Shown one piece after another: positions 27,075 through 37,180 of a stretch of DNA of 48,767 bases. The notes beneath the pieces are model-generated. The model saw nothing but the letters and a program-made list of their open reading frames with translations. It had not been told where the DNA came from and searched no databases. Both the position numbers and the translations under genes were made by a program. This DNA comes from a virus. Within the stretch, counting starts at the first letter, position 1. Each line of letters opens with the position of its first letter. Where the stretch lies: positions 1 through 48,767 of the IMG/VR virus record IMGVR_UViG_2716884425_000003, one strand, 5' to 3'.

Positions 27075-30000
27075 TCACCGCTCCACCAATAGAGAATCGT
27101 TTTATGCCGTCATTGCCAACGACTCCGCCGCTTTTACCGCCAAACATATTTCCTATGGGATTAAATACATATCTATTGACGGCCATCTCAATGATCTTTT
27201 CTTGAGCCATGTTCCCAATGGAATTAAACAAGTCTCCGAAAGCTTCTTTAGAGCTCTTAGTTCCATCGATCAAAGCCTTAAACGCGCTAGTTGCCTCGCT
27301 TCTAAATGTTTGACCCAATCCCTGTAGAGCTATATCACCATCCGCAGCCATTTGATCTGCGCTATATTTAAATGAATTTGCTAAATCAGTTAAGCTGTCA
27401 TCAAGACTTCCGTCTCCACGGTTATACTTCGCAACAGTCTTTTTCCTTTGAAGGTCTGTTAAATTCTTTTCTTCTGTAATAGATAGTTTTTCTAACTTTT
27501 GTCTGTCTTTAAGAAACTGAATTTGCCTAGTAAGCCTATCAATGTTTTCCTTGTGATCCGAGCTTGCCTTGTCATTTGCCTCCCTTGCAGTAACTTCTTT
27601 ATTTTGGAACAATGCAGCCAATACCTTATTATCTTTTACTGCTTTTTCTAACTCCACCTTCGCTTTGACCATCTCTTGACTCATCTTGGAGTTTTTATCT
27701 ATAAAATCTATAGTTTTGAGGAAGGTAGATAACTCCGCTTTTAATTGCTCAATTTTTTGAGGTTCGACGCCCATAGTTTGTAGAGCTAAGTCATCAGCGG
27801 ATAGCATCATTTTGGCCAAGTCTCTATTTTCTTTCAAAACTTCCGGAACAACTTGACCATCTTGATTAAATATTCTGGTATTGAAGCCAAAGTCATTTGC
27901 GCCCATCACGTATTTTTCTTTATCGCCCATAAACAATTGAGCGTTTGCTCTGCTTTGAGGATCACCAAGTAACTTACTAATGTTTTGCTCGTATCTTGTA
28001 GACAAGAGCTCTTGCATGTTAGTTTCATATGGGCTAGCTCCCATTGCTAGATTTTCTAGCTTGTCTTTAATTTGAAGTCTTAGGTCTGTTTTTTCTCTAT
28101 CCTTTAATTTGTCATAATTTTCTCCCAGAATCTGTTCCAATACGCTGTCGGGATCGTTTACCGCCAAGGCAGCATCGCTTATGCTTTGGTAGCCATACGC
28201 AGCTGCAAAAGGATTAAAGGCGCCACTACCTCCGCGCGGGAAAGCGGTGGTCCGAACAGAACTACCGTACGTTGTCGTGCGTTGTGAGGGCGGCGTTTTT
28301 GCGCTAAATTCACTTCGACCGCGCAGCATCTCAAGAAAGTCCATTGCTGGACCGGCATGCCTAAACTGTGGGTCATGACTAAGATCTATCTGCTTTTGAT
28401 AATCGCCTCTGGGACCCTCTACGGTCCTTGTGCTAAGTAGTCTTGCTACTCCTACAAATCTTTCTAGTCTATTTCTCTGGCGGCTAATATCATGTCCCCG
28501 CCCCTTGAGTGTTTCACTTTCGCCCTTGTCCCCTCGATCAAAAGCAGCTTGATTAGCCATTAAATTTTCCGCTTCTGCTCTTAAAAGCTTAATCACTTGA
28601 CCCTCTTGTTTTGGGTCCATCAACATTTTTTCAACTTCGTCGATACTTTGCTTACCAAAGAAACTCATCATATCTTTTTGATTTAGTTGGTCGGCGTAAG
28701 CGCCGGTAGAAGTCTGGACCCTCAGAGGAAGACCACCGGCCCCCGCCCTTCTGAGCATATCTTTACCCATGTCATTCATCCTTTGGGTATAGCGGTTCGC
28801 GGTGGCACCTCGCTCGTTCGCATTAAGCATCGAAGTGATTTCGCCCAAGGGTCTCATTGGTTTTCCCGTCCCTATGTCTACTCTATCGTTATCGGCGTTC
28901 CGCGGATCAAGGAACTCACCAATCCCCGCTTGTCTAGCAAGCTCTTTTTCTATGATTTTTTCAGCGCCGGCAACTAACTTGTTATCTTTTATAAGGCTCG
29001 TTATAGGAATATTTCCAATTTTAAAATTACTTAGTCCCGATATCGTACCGTCTGGAGCGATGCCCAAACCGCCCCCTCGGCCTTCATTTACACTTTTAGC
29101 AACTTGGGTGGCAATATCTTTGTCTTTGGCTGCGATCCTAATACTTTTTTGATAAGACAGAAGGGCATCTAAATTACCAGCGACCAAGCCAAAACCAGTT
29201 TTATTGGTTTCATTTATTCCATGTGTATTTAGATTTTGAGTTTGACCAAGAGTATCTACAATGTGCTGAAGTCTTTCTCTGCTGTTTATTTGCCTGATGT
29301 CAGATATTCTAATATTATCTCTATTTGCATCAGAGACTTTTTTCTGCACTCCTTGTTGCAGTTGTGCATTTATCCTTGCATTTTCCATCGCAGCGTTTGC
29401 GACTGCGTCTCTTTCCTTTATGCTGTCGATTTGAGTGCTATCGATTAAATCCTTGGTAACCTCTGCCCCAACTTCTGCGCTACCTTTTATGGCGTGAGAG
29501 ATGTTACTTATATTTAAGCCTGCACCCTTTAAGGCTTCTGAAAAAGCTCTTGCGTTTTTGTCAACCAGACTGCTGCTTTGTGATCTTAAAATTTCCACCG
29601 CAACCGCTTGCTGTTGTCTCATAACCCGAACGTTTTCGGGTAGGTCTTGCATTTTTAATTGCGAAGCAATTTGTTCTAAAGCTATATCGTCCGCTTGTCC
29701 CCTAGCGGCCTCGAAAGAGTCTTTTAAGTCTTGGGGTAACTGCCCGCCCATTTGTATTCTGGTTATATCTTCCGCTTCTGTTAGTTGCTGTTGAATATCT
29801 AGGGTTCTACCAGCATAAGCCCTACTTACTAAAGGCTGAAATGCTCCCGGTCCCAAGCGCTTGCCTCCTCCCACACCGCCCTCTCTTAGGTTCATATTAT
29901 TAATTAGAAAATCTAGAGTAGAAAATGCGGCACTACCTTGGTCAATCATGGCAGTATTGCGGTCTGTTCCGTATTGCGACAATGCAAATTTATCAAAGGA

Positions 30001-33000
30001 TTTTTGAAGTTTTTCTATGTTAGAAGAAAGCCCACTGATTCCTCTATCACCCATTCCTCCTTGAGGTCCGCCGAAGGAAGCTATTCTTTCTTGTAATCTT
30101 ATTCCTTGTTCAGCAAATTGACGTTGTTGCTCAAGCAGAAGTCTTTCCATTTGACCCTGCTCTATAATTTCTTGAAGCTTACCGGCCGTTTGAGAGTTTA
30201 AGCCCTCAAGTTCAGATGCTATTCTAGCGCCGATTAAATCAGCGTTATCTACTTGTGCATCTTTTAAAGCGTTTACTATATCTCTTGTTCTTTGCGGGTC
30301 ATTTCTAAACTCTTCCGGATTATCTTTTAGCTCTTTTAAGTGACGCTCCATAATTGGAGTAAGCATCGTTTGAAGCTGCTGATTTTTAGCTATATCGTCT
30401 AAAAGCTTTTGATTTTTTTGCTCGGTATCTACTGATCCGGATAAAATTGTTCCGAGCTTATTAGTCGCGTCAATAAGTTCTTTTTGTGTTATTTCAAATG
30501 CGTCTGCCGTAGCCTTGGTCATAACTTCACGCATTTTTTTCAACCGGTCGGCTTCTTGCTTTCTAGATTTTATATCAAAATCTAACCTGCTTTTTTCTAC
30601 TCCGCCCAAGAAGGGGTCAACGTTAGGTCTGAATGCTTCCATTGAGGACATCGCATAATTCACCCTACTTTCTTTTCTAAAAGATTTGGATTTAGTTAGT
30701 GTTGAAATTCTTTGCTTTTCAATCGCTAGGTTCTGCTTCAGAATTACATTTGTAATTTTTGTCTGAGCCGCCATTTTTTGCATCGTTTGGGAAAACCTGT
30801 TATTAATTGCCTGCAAGTTTGCCGTATGCTTAGCCATTTTGTTAAATTTATCAATGCTCTCTCTCGCATTCAATAACTCATCCGCTAAGTCTTTCGAAGC
30901 TTTGGCTCCGTCAAATTGATTTTTGTTAACTCTTTCTAACTGGTCTATATATTCGGGCGGTACGCCTAAGTCTTCTAAATGTTGACTAAGCACAAGTATG
31001 TCAGCACTGTTAGCCTTATCACCCATGTTATTTACTAACCGACTAATTGCGTTCAGTTTTTGTATTCCCTCTTCTCCCTTGAGTCCTTTCGTATCGACCT
31101 CTCTCATAATTGACCCAGTAAAGCTTTTAAGTCTTCTTTTACCTTCTTTACTATCGTCAAAAACATCGTCCGCTGACTGAAATCTTCCAGATTCTCTTCC
31201 TATTCCTGTAATTGCATTTCCTACGTCTCTAGATAAGTTGACGAACCAACCGCGCTCTTCATCCATTTCGCCTTCAAAAGCTTTTTGTCTTTCTGCTATC
31301 CTTTGCTGTTGCTGCAAGTCCTTTTGCATATCTGCGAAAGACTCTTTAATTTCTTCGACGCTCCCCGCGGCGTCTTTAAATTTAGCTCTTATATCTGAAG
31401 GCAAAGTCATGAACGCCTCTTCGACAGCCTCTTGTCTTTTCACTCTATCTTCAGCCTTCATATTTGGGTCAGTTAAAGATGCCTCAAAAGCGTCTAGTGC
31501 CGTAAGATATGACTGACTGCTATTATTAAAGTTAGTTAATTTTTCTGTAGCACTTTGTAAATTAGCTTCTAATTGTTTGGTGGGATCTTTAGCTCCTAGT
31601 GCAGCTTGCGCTATACCCATTACTCCACCAGCTACTGCACCAACCCCTGCTCCTATTGGTCCAAACATAGCGCCCATAGAGGCCATACTGGCTGCAGTTT
31701 CCAGTCCGCCTACTGCAGCTTGCGCGGTTTGGTTATCTCCAGCTAATTGTCTACCTATGCCACCTATCATTGGTGCGGCCATGAGCATCCCCGGACCCAT
31801 TCTTTGCATGGTTCTGCCTAGTCTGCCGCCCGCTCCACCTTTACTTCTTACGTCTGCGCCGCCTATTTGCCCTCTTGCTCCGGCTTGCTCTTTATTATAT
31901 TTTCTAGCTAAATCTCTTTGTGCGTTAGCTAATGACTTTTCAGTTTGGGCGGTAGCTTTAGCTGCTTTAGATGCGTTTCGGGTTGCTGTGATATTTTCGG
32001 CTTTGGCCCGCCTGCCTTTTTGCATGTCAGCTATTTCCTGCTGTAAGGCTTTTGTGTTTCTTTCTCTACTTTTTCTTTGATTTTTTAAAACTTTATCATA
32101 CTCTGCTCTTTGCTCTTTACCCATGGCACCACGACTAAGATTACCCTGAGCATCTAGCGCTCGATCCTTACCGCCTTTAGTTTTATCACCGTACTTTGCC
32201 CTAAAGGCTTCGTCAGCTTTTGCTTTTGCGTTCGCTTCGTTCTGCTGACGTTTTGCTTGTAGTTCAGATTGTTTACTTTGAATATCTCCTTTGCTGGCGG
32301 TTTTTTGTTGTGAAGCTTTTTGCGCCTCTTGTTCGGCTTTTTTAGCGGCGTCGATAGCTCTCTTTTCTGCTTCTACTCTTTCGTTCAGTTCCTTCTCTAA
32401 GGTTGCGCCCTCTTCTTTTAATTCTTTAAAATTGCTTCTAAGATCATTTGCCGCAAAAGCGAGAAGTCCTAAGGATCCAGTAATAACCGTTGCATCGAAT
32501 CCTGTTCCTTGAAAATTTGGAATGTGACCGTCGGCGGCCACTTTATCTTGCATTGATTTAGAGTTTTTAATTGCCGCATTTAAACCTTCGGGATGATCCC
32601 TCATTACATCGCCAAAGTCTTTTTGTGTTTTGCCATCTCTTACGTACAAACCAACTTTAGAATTGTAATCTAAAACGGGTTCTCCACCCATTGCGGCTTC
32701 AGTTTTTAATGCGTCTGTCAATGGCGAGAAGTTGGGTATGAATCCTGCACTAGCTCCTCTAGCAGTTTTTTTAGTCTTTTTATCTAAATTAGCATATTGA
32801 GGATAAAACTCAGTTTCTATCTTGTGAGCCATGCTTTCTAGATTAGCTCTAGAATCACTATTTTTATAATCACCAACAATTAGGCCCTCAGCGCCAAATT
32901 GATTCATAACTGCTATTGCATTTTTTACATTACCAGTTGTGGTATTAACATCCCAAGTAGCAGTTTGTTTATCAACACTTTTTTGAAAAGCTGCATCCAT

Positions 33001-36000
33001 CGCCGCTTCAAATACTGCGCCTGTAGCAGCACCCATAGCTCCAGCGTTAAAATATTTACTTACATCTGGATCTGTATTTAGTGGGTTGTTTCTAAATTGA
33101 TTAGCGTATTCAGTCGCTACCCTTTCCATTTCTTCCCTGACTTTATCCTCAAGACTGTCTATGACTTGATCAGGTATATTTGGTTCAAAAGCATTTATGC
33201 GATACTTTCTCATACCGCCCTTTTGACTGCGGCTACCTTTTACTGGAGCATCGTACTGTTTTTTACCTCTTTTCCCCGGTGGTAAAAGTAATCCAACCCT
33301 AGCTGTTTCATCCTTAAGTTTAGCTTTGTCAAAATTTGGAATAAAACCTCTAGAGAATACGTCTAGCCCGCGCTGCCTCTCCCTTAAAGCTTGAGCGGCG
33401 TTTCTCGAATCAAAACCAACTTCACTATTAAAGTCACTTAAAGTATTAACTCTCTTAGCGCTATATTCTGATATCTCTCCACCTCTTCGACGTGTCTGCT
33501 CGGTTATAACTGACTGAAGCTTGTCTAAGTGCGCACCCGCTACAGCATCTCCCGCGTCAGCTTTTGCTTTTAACCTACTTCTAAGTTGCCTAAGGGAACT
33601 GCTATTATTCTCGTATAAAGTCTTTAAAAATAAACTACCGATTTGTTTTGTTTTAAGCTCGGGCTTAGATTCGATTGGATAATTTCTTCCGGTCTTAGAC
33701 TTCGTCCCTAAATCAACAGGCATCTTGGCGAGCTCTCCCCTACCACTGGGAGCAGCGAACCTTTGCTTCCAAGAGAAGTTTCCCGGCCTTTTCGCAAGGG
33801 CTTCTTCCATTTGCGCTCCCTTTATATGAGCGTTCTCTCCTCTTCCTTCGAGGAACGGAGCTCTTTCCGCACCAGTAATTCCCGAAAGCTGACCCATTGT
33901 TCTAATTCGGACTTTTTCTCCCGGTCTCAAAGCAGAACCCAAAATAGGCTGAAGCCAAGTTGGAACCCCCTGACTTTTCATTAAGTCTTCTCTAGAAGCA
34001 GAAAGTATATTCGTCATACTTCCCGTAGACCCCTTGCCTTTCCTATCAAAGATAGTTCGCATCGAGGTAAGAACGTTTAATAAATTGGGCACAAAACCCC
34101 TGCTCGCGTATGGATCAAATCCGTGTTGACCTATAAAATCTTTTTTGTAATTTTTGCCAGCTTTACTATCTTCAGGCGGAATGATTGCCTGCTGAGACAT
34201 GCCCGGAAATTGCTTAACTTGTTCAGCGGTATTATAAGTTACAGTTCCGTAATTAGGTATAAAGGTTTTCTTTATGTCACCGGGTTTGTAGCCTCCAGCC
34301 AAAGCACCCATGTATTCGCTCATGTTTGCAAAGTTGGGAATGTGACCTAAAAACTTTCTTTTACCACCATAAGTAATTTCGCTTTCTCCACTAGACTTAT
34401 CTATTTTTGCACTAAAGCCTTGAGCTTGAGCTCTAAAGCCGGAGCCTTGAGCTAACTTGTCTATTTGCTGCCTTAATAAAATTTCCTGTTTAAGCGCGTC
34501 TAATATTCTTTTTTCTACCTGCTCTCGCGTCTGCTCTTTCCTTATAATGGAATCCACCAAGGCGGGATTTGCCGCTAAAGTATTTTTAATTTGCTCCTGT
34601 AAAACCTGTTGCTTTTGAGCGTTCCTATTTAAGTTTGCAAAGTCTTTAACTGACTGCCCCAAGAACTTCACAAAATCTAAAAACAATTTACCAATAATTG
34701 TACCCAAGGCGATAAAACCCGGTCCGGATAAAATATTACCAAAAGACTTTAATATATTTTGAGCTAGCTCTCCGCCAAACTTCTGACCATCCTCCTTACT
34801 AAATCCAAGTAGCTCACTAACGTCACCGAATAAAGTAAAGTCTTTCTTAAGAGCGTTAAAGCCTTCGAGTATTCTTCTAAACAGTGGCTCGAAACTTAAC
34901 TTGCCGATCTCAGCGCCGACTTGCGTTAGGTTCTGTATTGATTCATTTATTAACGCAGATAAAGTTTTATTTAATTCTGCATTTCTCTTGATAGCTTCAT
35001 CGGTAGATTTATTAGCGACATCTAAGGCATTCGAGTAGACGGAGTAATCACTCTTTAAATCTTTAAGGATAGCCTTTAAGATGTTCATCTGGTACACACC
35101 ACCAATTAACTCAGCGGTTGAAGCTTTAAGCTGGGGATTTAAAGTGTCATAAGTTTTAGCGAACTCCTGCAGTACTTGCATAGCGGGCTTCATGTTACCC
35201 TGCAGGTCTTTAACCTCGACGCCCAAGCGCTTCATTTGGTTAATTACTTCAGTACGCTGAATTCTAGTGAAAATAGTTTTAAGTGAGTTACCAATAACGT
35301 TACCACCACGAGCGGTAGTCTGCTGCACCGAGGTGACAATAGCCACCATCTCATTAAACGTAACATTAACACTATCCGCACTAGAGCCCACTCTTCGAAT
35401 AGCCTCGGCCAAGTCATTCGTGCTAACAGCAAACGCTGCGTCGACGTTCGCTAATCTATTAATAATCTGCGTTGAAGTTAAAGCTGAAGAGCTAAAAGAG
35501 TTAATCGCCGCGGTCAAAGCGTTCACGGAATCAGCCGCGTCCATACCAGAAAGCCTAGTTAATATCAAAGCATCTCTTGTGCGCAACAAAGTCTTCTCCA
35601 TGGAAAGACCTTGACGGGCAAACTCAGTCGCAGCCTTACCCACCTCAAAAAAGCTTTGGCCAGTCTGGGATGCTACATTAAAAAGTTCGGCTCCGAACTT
35701 TTGTAAATTACGGGTAGAAGCACCCATAATGACATTAATATCAGTAAGAGTCTTTTCTACTTCGACGGTAGCTCTAGCCATCTCTTGGAAAGCGCGAGTT
35801 ACACCCATTAAAATTCCAGCGGAAGCAGTAAACGCAATAACACGTGCGTTAGAAGCGTCTAACGATTTTTGAAACTCTGTGACAGAACCGGTAATCTTAC
35901 CCAAGGGCTGAGTAAATTTCCTGTGATCTATACCCTTAAGATTAAGTTGTGTTCGTTCTGCTTTTTTTACAAAGCGCGCGAGGTCTTTTTCGGCTTTATC

Positions 36001-36045
36001 AAGCCTAAGCCTCAAATCCATTACCATTTGGTCATCTCTAGCCAT
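27055..36045 (-). CDS. Tail tape measure protein (TP901-family N-terminal domain), 2996 aa; about 3321 aa if joined to 26079-27074
   Basis: 'ATEFARQG', 'TARGGNVIGNSLKTIF', long helical/coiled-coil character, a Gly/Ala hydrophobic segment, and position after the tube and chaperone genes. Confidence 0.93.
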   Translation of the reverse strand: MARDDQMVMDLRLRLDKAEKDLARFVKKAERTQLNLKGIDHRKFTQPLGKITGSVTEFQKSLDASNARVIAFTASAGILMGVTRAFQEMARATVEVEKTLTDINVIMGASTRNLQKFGAELFNVASQTGQSFFEVGKAATEFARQGLSMEKTLLRTRDALILTRLSGMDAADSVNALTAAINSFSSSALTSTQIINRLANVDAAFAVSTNDLAEAIRRVGSSADSVNVTFNEMVAIVTSVQQTTARGGNVIGNSLKTIFTRIQRTEVINQMKRLGVEVKDLQGNMKPAMQVLQEFAKTYDTLNPQLKASTAELIGGVYQMNILKAILKDLKSDYSVYSNALDVANKSTDEAIKRNAELNKTLSALINESIQNLTQVGAEIGKLSFEPLFRRILEGFNALKKDFTLFGDVSELLGFSKEDGQKFGGELAQNILKSFGNILSGPGFIALGTIIGKLFLDFVKFLGQSVKDFANLNRNAQKQQVLQEQIKNTLAANPALVDSIIRKEQTREQVEKRILDALKQEILLRQQIDKLAQGSGFRAQAQGFSAKIDKSSGESEITYGGKRKFLGHIPNFANMSEYMGALAGGYKPGDIKKTFIPNYGTVTYNTAEQVKQFPGMSQQAIIPPEDSKAGKNYKKDFIGQHGFDPYASRGFVPNLLNVLTSMRTIFDRKGKGSTGSMTNILSASREDLMKSQGVPTWLQPILGSALRPGEKVRIRTMGQLSGITGAERAPFLEGRGENAHIKGAQMEEALAKRPGNFSWKQRFAAPSGRGELAKMPVDLGTKSKTGRNYPIESKPELKTKQIGSLFLKTLYENNSSSLRQLRSRLKAKADAGDAVAGAHLDKLQSVITEQTRRRGGEISEYSAKRVNTLSDFNSEVGFDSRNAAQALRERQRGLDVFSRGFIPNFDKAKLKDETARVGLLLPPGKRGKKQYDAPVKGSRSQKGGMRKYRINAFEPNIPDQVIDSLEDKVREEMERVATEYANQFRNNPLNTDPDVSKYFNAGAMGAATGAVFEAAMDAAFQKSVDKQTATWDVNTTTGNVKNAIAVMNQFGAEGLIVGDYKNSDSRANLESMAHKIETEFYPQYANLDKKTKKTARGASAGFIPNFSPLTDALKTEAAMGGEPVLDYNSKVGLYVRDGKTQKDFGDVMRDHPEGLNAAIKNSKSMQDKVAADGHIPNFQGTGFDATVITGSLGLLAFAANDLRSNFKELKEEGATLEKELNERVEAEKRAIDAAKKAEQEAQKASQQKTASKGDIQSKQSELQAKRQQNEANAKAKADEAFRAKYGDKTKGGKDRALDAQGNLSRGAMGKEQRAEYDKVLKNQRKSRERNTKALQQEIADMQKGRRAKAENITATRNASKAAKATAQTEKSLANAQRDLARKYNKEQAGARGQIGGADVRSKGGAGGRLGRTMQRMGPGMLMAAPMIGGIGRQLAGDNQTAQAAVGGLETAASMASMGAMFGPIGAGVGAVAGGVMGIAQAALGAKDPTKQLEANLQSATEKLTNFNNSSQSYLTALDAFEASLTDPNMKAEDRVKRQEAVEEAFMTLPSDIRAKFKDAAGSVEEIKESFADMQKDLQQQQRIAERQKAFEGEMDEERGWFVNLSRDVGNAITGIGRESGRFQSADDVFDDSKEGKRRLKSFTGSIMREVDTKGLKGEEGIQKLNAISRLVNNMGDKANSADILVLSQHLEDLGVPPEYIDQLERVNKNQFDGAKASKDLADELLNARESIDKFNKMAKHTANLQAINNRFSQTMQKMAAQTKITNVILKQNLAIEKQRISTLTKSKSFRKESRVNYAMSSMEAFRPNVDPFLGGVEKSRLDFDIKSRKQEADRLKKMREVMTKATADAFEITQKELIDATNKLGTILSGSVDTEQKNQKLLDDIAKNQQLQTMLTPIMERHLKELKDNPEEFRNDPQRTRDIVNALKDAQVDNADLIGARIASELEGLNSQTAGKLQEIIEQGQMERLLLEQQRQFAEQGIRLQERIASFGGPQGGMGDRGISGLSSNIEKLQKSFDKFALSQYGTDRNTAMIDQGSAAFSTLDFLINNMNLREGGVGGGKRLGPGAFQPLVSRAYAGRTLDIQQQLTEAEDITRIQMGGQLPQDLKDSFEAARGQADDIALEQIASQLKMQDLPENVRVMRQQQAVAVEILRSQSSSLVDKNARAFSEALKGAGLNISNISHAIKGSAEVGAEVTKDLIDSTQIDSIKERDAVANAAMENARINAQLQQGVQKKVSDANRDNIRISDIRQINSRERLQHIVDTLGQTQNLNTHGINETNKTGFGLVAGNLDALLSYQKSIRIAAKDKDIATQVAKSVNEGRGGGLGIAPDGTISGLSNFKIGNIPITSLIKDNKLVAGAEKIIEKELARQAGIGEFLDPRNADNDRVDIGTGKPMRPLGEITSMLNANERGATANRYTQRMNDMGKDMLRRAGAGGLPLRVQTSTGAYADQLNQKDMMSFFGKQSIDEVEKMLMDPKQEGQVIKLLRAEAENLMANQAAFDRGDKGESETLKGRGHDISRQRNRLERFVGVARLLSTRTVEGPRGDYQKQIDLSHDPQFRHAGPAMDFLEMLRGRSEFSAKTPPSQRTTTYGSSVRTTAFPRGGSGAFNPFAAAYGYQSISDAALAVNDPDSVLEQILGENYDKLKDREKTDLRLQIKDKLENLAMGASPYETNMQELLSTRYEQNISKLLGDPQSRANAQLFMGDKEKYVMGANDFGFNTRIFNQDGQVVPEVLKENRDLAKMMLSADDLALQTMGVEPQKIEQLKAELSTFLKTIDFIDKNSKMSQEMVKAKVELEKAVKDNKVLAALFQNKEVTAREANDKASSDHKENIDRLTRQIQFLKDRQKLEKLSITEEKNLTDLQRKKTVAKYNRGDGSLDDSLTDLANSFKYSADQMAADGDIALQGLGQTFRSEATSAFKALIDGTKSSKEAFGDLFNSIGNMAQEKIIEMAVNRYVFNPIGNMFGGKSGGVVGNDGIKRFSIGGAVIGGKWS

Positions 36046-36063
36046 ATACCTTTTTCCTGTATA

Positions 36064-36072
36064 TAATTACAC
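36064..36072 (-). promoter_or_regulatory. Putative late promoter motif GTGTAATTA upstream of the tape measure gene
   Basis: GTGTAATTATATACAGGAAAAAGGTAT-ATG. Confidence 0.55.
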
Positions 36073-36086
36073 CATTTTTGAGTGTT

Positions 36087-37121
36087 TTAGTCGTGTAAAT
36101 CTATGAAATCGTCCATAGAAAGCTTACCGCCCTTTTGAGATGCCACATCCATTAAATCTATCGTATTTGCACCACCTTTTTTGTAGCCTATAGCCTCTAA
36201 GTCTTCCGACGTCGCGCCGACCAAAGTAGATGCGCCAGATTTATCTCCAGCCCTAGCCTCGACTTTTTCCATAAGTTCATCAGCGTTTTTGCGCATTTCG
36301 TAAAACTCAATCATTTTATCTGGATCATTTCTTATCTCATCGGGCGGTTGAGCTTTAGACTCTTGCGCTAAATTCTTGAAGTATCTACCAAAAGCAAATA
36401 ATTCTGCCTGAAAAAAGGACAAGTCAATTACAGGCTTACCATAGAAAGTTAGCGGGTTGTCATCACACAAGTAAAAGTAATTACAAAAAAACGGCATTAA
36501 TGATATTTTTTTAATTTCTTCTATTGTTAAAAACATTGTACTATCATTATAGTCTCTTGTTAATTGTCCTAGCTGCTTGTCTGTAACATGATTAAAAACT
36601 TCATCAGATATAGATAATTCTTTAAGAGTGGTATCTTTATATATAGCTTTTTGTATATAAAGTTCATTGGCGCGCTTGTGGGCATAAGCCTCTGCGGTAA
36701 AGCCCATCATCTCCATCTTTTTTATTTTTAAACCCTCAACTTCAGTCTCTGCCTCTTCTATTTGTTTTGCTAGTGCTTGTATTTGAGATTTTAAATACAT
36801 TTTGCTTTTTGTGGCTTTTAAGTTATCGGCAAATTGAATTTTTGTTTGTAACTCCTTGTCTTCTTCGCTTGTCCAAAGCTTTTCTTCATTTAAATATTCT
36901 ATTTGGTCTTTTTCGGTAGGCAGCCCCAGAGATTTAGCTTTCTTAAAGCAGCTGTCATACAGCTTGTCAGTTCTTACATTATCATAGAGACTAAGGTGCT
37001 TTACGTAGTGTACGCCCTCATCAAGAATATCGCTTGTAATTTCAGTGTACCCGTTGAGTACATCATTGAAGACGACTTTTAGATCGGTTTCTGTAGCTTT
37101 TTTTATAGGCTCTTCTGACAT
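36087..37121 (-). CDS. Putative tail assembly chaperone 2
   Basis: Helical protein immediately upstream of the tape measure gene; assigned by synteny only. Confidence 0.5.
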   Translation of the reverse strand: MSEEPIKKATETDLKVVFNDVLNGYTEITSDILDEGVHYVKHLSLYDNVRTDKLYDSCFKKAKSLGLPTEKDQIEYLNEEKLWTSEEDKELQTKIQFADNLKATKSKMYLKSQIQALAKQIEEAETEVEGLKIKKMEMMGFTAEAYAHKRANELYIQKAIYKDTTLKELSISDEVFNHVTDKQLGQLTRDYNDSTMFLTIEEIKKISLMPFFCNYFYLCDDNPLTFYGKPVIDLSFFQAELFAFGRYFKNLAQESKAQPPDEIRNDPDKMIEFYEMRKNADELMEKVEARAGDKSGASTLVGATSEDLEAIGYKKGGANTIDLMDVASQKGGKLSMDDFIDLHD

Positions 37122-37125
37122 AAGT

Positions 37126-37154
37126 AAAAAAGGGACCTACCTTGTAGGCCCCCT
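37126..37154 (-). terminator. Intrinsic terminator/attenuator between the two putative chaperone genes
   Basis: GGGGCCUAC-AAG-GUAGGUCCC followed by U6. Confidence 0.8.
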
Positions 37155-37180
37155 ATAAGGATTAAATGAGTAATTTTAAA

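Noticed and set aside
27010-36066. Many short plus-strand ORFs opposite the TMP gene, and similar ORFs opposite other long genes (e.g. 512-769, 38450-39492, 44452-47969)
   Set aside because: Antisense shadows of real genes, with no motifs or expression signals.
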